NCBI GenBank assembly: GCA_964016885.1
Contig: CAXHJY010000929.1
Location: 1 to 64,000 of the forward strand
From: Eledone cirrhosa
Taxonomy: Eukaryota
DNA length: 64,000 nt
Direction: 5' to 3'
The notes below the pieces were generated by a model that did not search any database, was not told the origin of the DNA, and saw nothing but the letters and a program-made list of their open reading frames with translations. Of this stretch, positions 54,709 through 64,000 are shown one piece after another. The position numbers were made by a program, and so were the translations under genes. Position 1 is the stretch's first letter; the number at the start of each line of letters is the position of its first letter.

Positions 54709-55315
54709 TCATCATCATCATCATCATCACCGTTTTACGTCCGTTCTTCCACGCTAGCATGGGTTAGACGGGTTGTCCTGTTGTGGGCAGTGTCTGGTCG
54801 GCTGACCATGCCTTGCTCATACAGGAACTGATCTGGCTTGATTTCTACAGCTGGATGCCCTTCCTAACACCAACCTCATTTACAGTGAGTGCTGGGTGCT
54901 TTTTCGTGGCGCCTACACGTCCACTTTACAGTGTGGGCTGGGTGCTTTTTTGCCGTGGCACCTCCACGACCACCTTGCGGTGGGGGGGGGGGGGCATATT
55001 GTTTATATGCTTCAGCATGTACCCATGGGAGGTCGGGTACCCTGTATTACTGCATGACGCCAGAAGTCACGGTCGTGTGTCATTGACTTTGAGAGGTGTA
55101 GTTGGGTAAGGTCGGCTTTTATCACCTCATCCCAAGTCATCTTGGGTCTCCCCACTCCGCGGTTTCCATCAACTTCTAGTGCTCTGCACCTTTTTATGCA
55201 GCTGTCATCCTTCATACGCATCACATGCCCATACCAGCGTAACCGCCTCTCCTGCACGCAGCATTTGATTCCTCTTATGCTCAGTCTCTCTCTCAATTCA
55301 TTTATGCTTTGTCGT
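54709..55315 (-). mobile_element. RTE 3' fragment, near-identical to 46186-46797, in TCERG1 intron 1
   Basis: Reverse-complement match including the 3' UTR and tail. Confidence 0.93.
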
Positions 55316-55823
55316 ACACACTCTATTGTTGTACACACTCTATTGAGTATCCATTCTTCTCTAGGTATAAACATTTCTCTCTTGATTGTTATTCTCACTG
55401 CATTACAATTTCAATTACTTGTCATAATATACACTCACTTTTGGGTATCTGTTCTTTTCTAATTATGATGTTTCTCTCCTTTGATTGTTCTCATTGTATA
55501 ATAATGTTTCTACTTTTTGGCACATGGCCAGCAAATACCCAGTGCATTACTGGTACTTTATTTTATCGACCCCCGTAAGGATGAAAGGCAAAGTTAACCT
55601 CGTCGGGATTTGAACGCAGAATGGCAAGGGCCGTAACTATATGCGTCAAAGCATAGTGTCCAACCTTCTACCGATACTGCCAATCCACTGTATAATAATG
55701 TGTTATAAACATTATATACACACACTGTTGGGTGTTCATTCTTCTTTAAGTATAGATATTTCTCTTTTTCAATTTTTATTCTTGTTATATAACAATCTGG
55801 GAGTGATGTAATTTTAGTGGGCT

Positions 55824-56125
55824 GTCATCATCATCACATCATTTTACGTCCGCTTTTCCCTGCTTGCAAGGGTGGGACGGGTCTTATTCAGCACAGCATC
55901 TCTCCACTTGTCATGGTCCTTTGTCATCTCCACCGTGAGCTTCAGCGATCTGAGGTCTGTTCTCACCACCTCTGCCCATATTTTTCGTGGTCTACCTCTA
56001 CCACGTCTTCCTTCAACTGGCATTTCCTGGCACTTCTTCACCCATCGGTCATCCTCCATGCGCATCACATGTCCATACCACCTCAGTCTCCTCTCTCGCA
56101 CACTACATTCTATCCCTCTCAGACA
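55824..56125 (-). mobile_element. RTE 3' fragment (RERRLRWYGHV...GRPRKIW); related degraded copies at about 52240-52490 (-), 15190-15490 (+), 10900-11110 (+), 32650-32856 (+)
   Basis: ORF 55844-56101 carries RTE C-terminal motifs and the shared GGACGTAAAATGATG tail. Confidence 0.85.
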
Positions 56126-57602
56126 CAGTTTCTGCTGTGTCTGTTGTAAAATTCATTTAAATAATAGTAATGAAAAGTTTAGAAATCACTACTCTATTCA
56201 ATATCGTCTCAACTACTACATCATAACTGTATATCACCTAATAGACGAGGACAAAAACAGGCAAATTACTGAGTTCTTTTGTTCACTGCTTACGATCTTC
56301 AAATCATTTTGGAAATAAGAATATGAAAAGATTTAGTAATATAACTTTCTCTTTATTTATTTTATATATTACTTGTTAAATTGATTTAAACATTTTCATT
56401 ACCATATTTCTTATGAGAAACATTGCTCGTGATTTTCAAATCTTAAAGATAATCAAGAATTTGGCTGGATTTAGTAATATAACAAACTTGCATTATTAAA
56501 CTGGTATTTGTTGGCCCTGTGCCTAAATCAGAAACTATTATTAAGCTTGTGTTTGGAGCAGAACAATGGTTCTTACATAAAATTATGATGGAGAGTTTTT
56601 AGATAAATAGAAACACTTTAAAACAAATACTTAGTATCATAGAACTATGGGCTGTTTCAGGAAGTTTGATATCAAATGGGTTAAGCAAACAAGTGCTATC
56701 TTGGTTAGGTTCTAATATTTCCTTTTGACTTTAATAAAAAAAATCATCTTTTTTATATCGGGATGGATTGGATGAGACTTTTCTATAGCTGGGTGTATTT
56801 TGTGGCACAAACAGTAAAGAGGTTGCCACATATTGTTTATGCTTGTTTGCCAACTATTTTACAGTGTGTATTGGGTGCATTTTGACACAGTACCATTACT
56901 AAGGTTTTCATATCCTTGGCAACACTCAACAGTTCTGTCTACCCTACATTGTCTCTGTTTAATCACCAACCACTATACAGAGTGTACAAAGTGTATTTTA
57001 TGATGCTACCAGCACTGATATGGTTGCCCCAAGGCTAAAGAGTCCTCACTACACTATATTGTCTCTAAGCTAATGTGGCCAAGATGGTAGAGCACCAATG
57101 ACAGAAGGTTGAGGGAGATTGCTTGGAGTGTGAGAATAATAGGTGAGAGAGAGGAGATTAAAGGTGAGTAGAGTAAGAGTATGATGGACAGAACAGAGAG
57201 AGGACAAGGGTAAATGGAGTAAGAGTATGGTAAACATATGTTTGGAGTGAGAGAATAGTAGAAGAGAGGGCAATAGAAAAGAGACATATTCATCAACATT
57301 TAATGTCAGTTTTCCATGCTGGCATGTTAGATGGGTTGTCATGTTTGGAGACTAGACAGGTCAGGTGGCCACATCTTGCTCATGTTTTGTTATGGGCTTG
57401 ATTGCTGACTGGATACCCTTCTTATGCCAGCCACTTTACAGCATGGGCAGGGAGCATTTTATTGTGGTTTCAGCACTACCACCTTACAGGGTGGACTGGG
57501 TGCTTTTCGTTGTGGCACCAACACTACCTTATTACAACACTAAGATGTTTGTTGTGTCCTTGGCGAGGCAGTGATAGGAGTGAGGTGTGAGTTAAGAGGA
57601 AG

Positions 57603-57674
57603 TCCTTGGTAGTATAGTGGTAAGTATACTTACCTGTCACGCGGGAGACTGGGGTTCAATTCCCTGCTGGGGAG
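57603..57674 (+). tRNA. tRNA-Asp(GTC), probably a pseudogene, in TCERG1 intron 1
   Basis: 72-nt match to the eukaryotic tRNA-Asp pattern (TAGTATAGTGG A box, CTGTCAC anticodon loop, GGTTCAATTCC B box) followed by T6 at 57682-57687. Many G-U pairs and an A-C mismatch in the anticodon stem. Confidence 0.8.
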
Positions 57675-59904
57675 GCTACACTTTTTTAACCAGGTGGGGC
57701 TATTAAGTTAGACATGGCCTCGGCCAATACTGGCCGAAACCTATCAAAGTTACATGTTGCTTGCTGATGGTGGTGGGGATATCCTACTGTAGGAAAGCAA
57801 GCCTCATGGAGTTGGCATTGAAGAGTGAGTTGCATCTGACAGTTTCTAACCTTTAAAATAATATTTGTTACTGTCTGCAATAGTTTGGGTGTTCACCATC
57901 ATTGGGTGCTTAACGTCTCGTGTAGTTGTAGTGGGCATCTTCTTGACAAAATACTGTCTTTTGTGTATTTAAACTTAGTAGAGCACATTTTTATTGATTC
58001 CTGTCAATACAAGCACAACATTTGGTTTTTCAAATTTGACAATTGGCCATATTTTCATCTGAACTGTTTTGCCACCCAGTAATGTTCATAACAGATAGCA
58101 TTTACTGTTTTCATCATCACTGTTTTTCCACGCTAGCATGGGTTAGACGGGTTCTCTTGTTGTGGGCAGTAGCCAGTCGGCTGACCATGCCTCAGGGAAC
58201 TATATTTCTTATGAAAGATGTTGCCTGTGTGTGGTTTTCAAATAATTTTGAAAATAATTAAGAATTTGAAATGTAAAATTTATATTTAGTAAATATAAAT
58301 TTTTATGGTTATTTGGCGTTTAGAACTAGCTTAATAAAGGTTCTTAGATATAATTATAACGGGAGGTTTTTAGATAACTATAAACTCTAATCCTTCCATT
58401 ACCATATTTATAATGAAAAACACTGCTTATAATCAACTAATTTTGAAAATAATTAGAAATTTGAAAGGATTTAGTAAATATAGCTATCTTATTTACTCTT
58501 AATGCCCTGTATTTCATTAACAATCTTGAAAAAAAAAATGAAACAAAACTGTAATTGTATCTCATTTGTAATTTAAATTCTTTAATCAATATTATAAATG
58601 TTCATGATCTGTCCACTAATAAAGATACTACAAACATCTGCATTAACAAACCTATAATTAAATGGAACAAAACTGTCTAACCCATGCTAGCGTGGAAGAC
58701 GGACGTTAAATGATGATGATGATGAACCATTGCAGACTGTTAAGAATTAATAAAAGTTCTTACATGAAATTATGATAGGGTTTTTGATAGACATAAATGC
58801 CTCAAAATAAACAACATAGTATCGTAGAATCGGGGTAAGTTTAGAAACTTGTGAATCCATTTTCTGAACTGAATAGTTTAAAAACTACTGTTCAATAACC
58901 TATGCCAGATATAAACAAAGAAATTCTTCTGGAAGTATTGATCTGTTAATCATAGCTACCATAGCACCCTTGGTAGTTGTAACTAGTATTATTACTGATG
59001 TCAACTAAACCATCTTGCTAAACCATCATCACCATAAATACCATTGTTGTCTTCAATTTTATATTCTCCCCTGCCCCCATATTGGCATGGATTAGATGAG
59101 GCTTTATATGGCAACATTCTACAACTGGATGCCCTTCCTGGCACCAATCCTTGTTTTTTTAAGTGAGGTAAGAATCTTCGTTTGTCTACCTACCGAACAG
59201 TGGGATCTCTTTATGCAAAATGTAAACAAAGATCAGCATTTCTGATGTACGGTATAATGTGAAGAGAAGAGACAAACTCAAGTATATACATGCATTCATA
59301 TGATTGGCTTCCTTACAGTTTTTCTCTACTGAATTCACTCACAAGGCATTATAATAGAAGACACTTGTCCAAGGTGCCACAGAGTGAAATCAAACCAGAA
59401 ACTGCATGGTTGCAAAGCAAACTTCTTAACCTACAACCATACCTAGACCTGTTAACTCTTTAGCATTTACATTACTCTATATACTATTGTATTTTTGTGG
59501 TAAAGGCTTTATCTTACATACTTATTTCACATAATATCGAATCTATGAGATTTTGAGGTTATTTATTTTGAGAACAATACTTAATGTCAGTATTAGCAGC
59601 GAGTTACAGCTGGTTTGAACAGAAAAAAGTGAGAGGATTCTGGCCAGATATGGCATCTCACTTACATATGGTCCTATGTTCTACCAAGAGCAATTTATTA
59701 TGACATCAGCATTAAAGACATTATCATATCTTTGACAGAACTGAAGAGTCCTCCCAACCAATTGTTTGGCAATCATTCAGTGGCTGGATGCCTTTCCTAT
59801 CACTAACCACTTCAAAGAGTATACTGGGTGTATTATCTATTTTCTTAATAGTTTCAATTCAATTTTGTATGTATGTTCTTAAAATTATTTTCTTCATATT
59901 TCAG

Positions 59905-60331
59905 ACCTGGTCCGCCTGGACCACCACCCCATTTTGGACGTGGCCCTCCTCCTGGACCTCCACCCCGATTTCGTGGCCCACCAGGTCCTCCCCCAGGGAT
60001 GATGAGAGGCCCACCACCTCCTGGAATGAGGGGTCCCCCACCACCTGGAATGAGAGGTCCCCCACCAGGACCTGGAGGTCCCCGTGGTCCACCCTTTGGC
60101 AGACCCCCATTTGATCCAAATTATGGCCCTCCACCTGGAATGCATGGTCCTCATGGTGGTGGTATGCCAGGTGGCGGCATGCCACCCCCACCGGGTATGG
60201 GAGGACCAGGTCAACATGGACCAGGACCAGGACCACATGGCCCACCTGGAATGTCTCCTCATGGCCCACCTGGTCCCCCACATGGTCCTCCAGGAATGCA
60301 GCAAGGACCACCAGGGCCACCTGGACCACCT
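59905..60331 (+). CDS. TCERG1: TCERG1 exon 2, Pro/Gly-rich region
   Basis: ttcAG / GTAAGT; contains 'GMMRGPPPP' and 'PPFGRPPFDPN', both seen in vertebrate TCERG1. Confidence 0.92.
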
Positions 60332-61006
60332 GTAAGTTTATTTCTTTCTCTGGGATATCAAATTTGATTTAATCATTTCATTGCCATATTTCTATTGAAA
60401 TATTCAATATTTCAAATCATTTTGAAAATAATTAAGAATTTGGAGGGATTCAATAATATAACAAACATGATTCAGTTGATGTTTGGAACATAAAATTATG
60501 ATGGAAGATTTTTGAGATAAATATAAACACTGTAATAGGTAATGAATTGGCAGAATCATTAGAACATCAGATGAAATGCTTTGCGGTATTTGTTCCAGTT
60601 TTCTGTGCTCTGAGCTCAAAACCCACCATATTCAATTTCACTTTTCATTCTTCTGAGGTTGATAAAAATGTACCAGTACAATACTGGGGTTGATTCTTCC
60701 TCTATATCTCTTTTTCACTTTCTCTCTATCACTCTCTTCTCTGGAAGATATTGTGGCTGTGTTCTGATTAGCTTTGCCAGGTTTAAAATGCCCAAGACAT
60801 GCTGTATGTCACTATGGTGCCTTTACTACTTTATCATGAGTTACGGGTCCATACATACAAATACTATAATAAATATAGTTTGATATTGTGGAAGCAGGGG
60901 TAGTTTCAGGCAGGTACCAAAATTGTAACACAATTTAATAATACTTTTCTGTTTTCATCTCTTTAGATTATCCTAAAATATATTTTCTTTCTTTCTTGTA
61001 TTTCAG

Positions 61007-61198
61007 AGGCCCCCTATGATGCCTCCACCCAACATCCCACCACCCAATTTTTCTGTCCCCCCTCCAGGTTTTTCTCTACCTCCTCCTGTATCTAATGCTC
61101 CTCCAAACTCAGTATCGCCAGCTTTACCATCTCAGGGCAATTCTCTCGATGTTGGGAATCAAGAATTATGGGTGGAAACCAAGACAGCTGAAGGAAAG
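61007..61198 (+). CDS. TCERG1: TCERG1 exon 3 (RPPMMPPPN...QELWVETKTAEGK), first half of WW1
   Basis: tttcAG / GTAGGC; matches WW1 'EIWVENKTPDGK'. Confidence 0.94.
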
Positions 61199-61440
61199 GT
61201 AGGCAAAAAAAAAGAAAAGAATTTGCTTTTATTTTCTGTCCTCACATTCAAGTTATCTCTATTTTCAAATCTTTATATTTGAATAATTTCTCCATTTCTT
61301 TGATAAATACATTATCATCTATTCAGACTGAAACTTTAAGCAACACTAAAGCAAAACACTGAAAATATCTAGACATACAGCTGTGTTCAATAATGATGTG
61401 AAAGCACACAATAATAATGATAATATTTTTATTTCTGTAG

Positions 61441-61636
61441 AGCTACTATTACAATGCAAGGACACGAGAGTCTGCTTGGACAAAACCAGAGAATGTGAAG
61501 ATTATCAGCCAGACAGAAGTGGAAGCAATGGCTGCCCAAATGACTAGTCAGACACCACCTAGTGTTACTACGAATACTGTATCTTCTCCAGGAGGCACGA
61601 CTACCATTGCTGCTGCTCAGACACCTGTGGCACAAG
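61441..61636 (+). CDS. TCERG1: TCERG1 exon 4 (SYYYNARTRESAWTKPENVKIISQTEV...), second half of WW1
   Basis: ctgtAG / GTAATT; 'YYYNARTRESAWTKP' is identical to TCERG1 WW1; the gene continues beyond the window. Confidence 0.95.
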
Positions 61637-63555
61637 GTAATTTTTAATATTTACCATAAGTTTTTTTTTTTAGTTGTATTTTATTTGCATGCAATGTTTT
61701 ATAATTGTTTCTGTAGAATTAATTGCTTGGATGATTAAATTATAGTTTAGGTGTGTGGTAGTTTTCTAAATAATTTTTGATATATAGTTTTTTTATATAA
61801 TATAGTACTTGTTTCTTTTATATGTTGAGGTGAATTGTTGAATATGACTCAGTTGTGTCAAGGATATGACCCCCACCCCCCTCCCTAGTGTCTGTGCCTT
61901 GAGTGTCAGACATGACAAACTGTTTAGTGCTGTTGCCACGATGTACTCTGTAAAGTGGTTGGTGTTAAGAAGGGCATATAAATGTAGAAACCATGCTAAA
62001 CACATTCAGCTGTGTTGAAGGCATGACAATCTCCCTATTGCTGGTGCCACGAGTCTCAAAGACATGACAATCTTTCTAGTGTTGGTACCATAATACCATA
62101 ATAAAATGCACCTGGTGCAATCTGTAAAGAGCAGAAACGTGTGTAAACAAAATGCAGGCTCCCCAGCCCATCTGAGAAACCAGTAGTTTTGAATAAGTAC
62201 TGACTTGGTCTGTTATGACCCATTTAACCCTTGCTAACAGGGAGAATGGATGTTAAATGAATATGATGATGATAGGTTAGTTTGTTTTTTCATGTTTGTA
62301 TGGATTGGAGAAAGCTTGAAGCTTATTCCAGTTTCATGGACATTACAGAATTAGCAGTAATTATTTTCAGCTGAGTGAACTTGATCGATGGGAAATATGA
62401 TACCTTGCTGAAGGAGACAATATGTCACCCAGTCCAATTTTATGATCATGAGTCCAGCACCCTAACTACTAGGCCAGTTAGAGGGTTTTTTTTCAACACC
62501 ATGTCATCACTTGTGATTGTTTTTTGTCTCTGAAAGCTGTCTACATTACAAAGATTACTGGGTGCATATTTTAAGTTGCAGTGCTGGTGCCATGATGAAA
62601 TGCACCCATCTGTAAAGTCGTTGGCATTAGGAAGGGCATCCAGCCATAGAAACTATGCCAAATATGGAATACATGAGCAAGGTGATGCTTTCCAATTCAC
62701 CTAATCTCAAACGGACAACCCATGCTAGTATAGGAAGCAGGCGTAAAATGATTACATATATATACACACACACACATACAAAGTTTTTTTTTTTCCATAT
62801 ATGAATTATTACACATAAGTGACTGTAGGTTTAAGCACCATATTTTGGCTCTTCTGTTGCAAACATTTAGACTGTTTCCGGTTTGAGGATAACTTCTCCC
62901 TTCGTACTGTCTACCTTGATGGTTATTGGTTTCAGGATAACTTTTCCCTTCCTACGCCCTACCTCAATGCTCGTGAATAAGATCATAAGTTATACAAAAA
63001 AAAAGAAGAGAAATTAACATTACTACCACCTGATGTCCTATGTGAAGCTCTCTCTGTTGCAAGGATTCAAACTTTGTCTAGTTTGAAGGAGCATATTCTA
63101 CTGGTCAAAGTGTTAATCTCACAATCATAAGGTCTTAAGTGGTGTGTTGTGTCCTTGAGCAAGACTCTTTATTTCACATTTCTCCAGCCCACTCAGCTGA
63201 AGATAAAAGAATACCAACAATAACTAGGGGATAACTCTTTGATGGACTAGCAACTAGTCCAAAAGGGAATCTTGTACTCTGTCATTCAATGCTAAGGAAA
63301 CCAGGATAAGTTTCAAACTAATGAGCCTCATGGCTTGGGACAGACTTTAACTTTAATTTAACTTGAAGTGATGTTTCCATCTACATCTTTTCTCATTATG
63401 TAGTGTCATTGATTGTCAGTGGTATCAATAGAAGAGGGGTTATGGTGGTGGGGTCAGATAGACTGGAACTCTTTGGTAATGTCTTGAAAACAGGCTATTA
63501 CTCTGTCATTAGTGTCTACTTCTCATTTATTTCCTTGCTATTGCACATGGTTTAA

Positions 63556-64000
63556 CCCTTTAGCATTCAAACCGACAAGATTATGTCCCCTTTCATTTAT
63601 TCAAACCGACATTTAATACTACACGGAGATCTCCTTCTAAAAATAAACATTGAAATCATTGAAATCTCGTCAATTCGAGATTACTGCAAGATAAAGCCCT
63701 TACGCACGAAAATTAACTCTTAGTATAGTTAAAGAACTTGTGATAACACGTGTTTTTAACGTTGAAAGTGTAACATACAGGCTTCCGAAAGTAGCGACAA
63801 CGAATTTGAAGGTTTTACGTCCGACTACATTCGAGATCAAAAAGAAACTGAAGATAATATCAGTGATTTATCTTCAAACGAATCAGATATATTTATTTCT
63901 GATATATCTGATGATGATGATAGTCACTTTGAAAGTGAAAGAGATATAACTGACACCATTGAAAAAACACCAACGTGGTTGAAAGAAACAACACCGATAC
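63556..64000 (+). mobile_element. Left end of a piggyBac-like transposon with the start of an acidic, transposase-like open frame (63766 to window end)
   Basis: TTAA|CCCTTTAGCATT terminus; stop-free frame QASESSDNEFEGFTSD...SDISDDDDSHFESE...TPTW. Confidence 0.6.

Noticed and set aside
59788-60335. Alternative-frame and antisense ORFs over the Pro-rich exon
   Set aside because: By-products of GC-rich CCN/GGN codon repeats; only the Pro/Gly frame has matching splice phases and TCERG1 motifs.

Overview
AT-rich, repeat-dense eukaryotic DNA. The SINE/RTE families and microsatellites point to a coleoid cephalopod (octopus-like); this is an inference. Two + strand spliced genes are present. The first is the 3' part of KIFAP3/KAP3 (kinesin-II accessory subunit; 14 coding exons, 286-24541), which has two minor-spliceosome (U12) introns, one AT-AC and one GT-AG, and whose first visible exon has three single-base deficits that are probably assembly errors. 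The second is the 5' part of TCERG1/CA150 (4 coding exons, 48091-61636: Pro/Gly-rich N-terminus and WW1). The rest is mobile DNA: young RTE-clade LINEs whose RT carries an inserted PHD-type zinc finger and which sit in (TA)n tracts, one pair forming a ~740-bp fold-back; CR1- and CRE-like LINE remnants; three Helitrons; TTAA/piggyBac-like MITEs plus the start of a possible coding parent; hAT and Tc1/pogo MITEs; several tRNA-derived SINE families; a decayed tRNA-Asp; and several (TA)n-flanked palindromic inserts with minimal Penelope-type hammerhead ribozyme motifs. All alignments were done by eye, so repeat boundaries are approximate.
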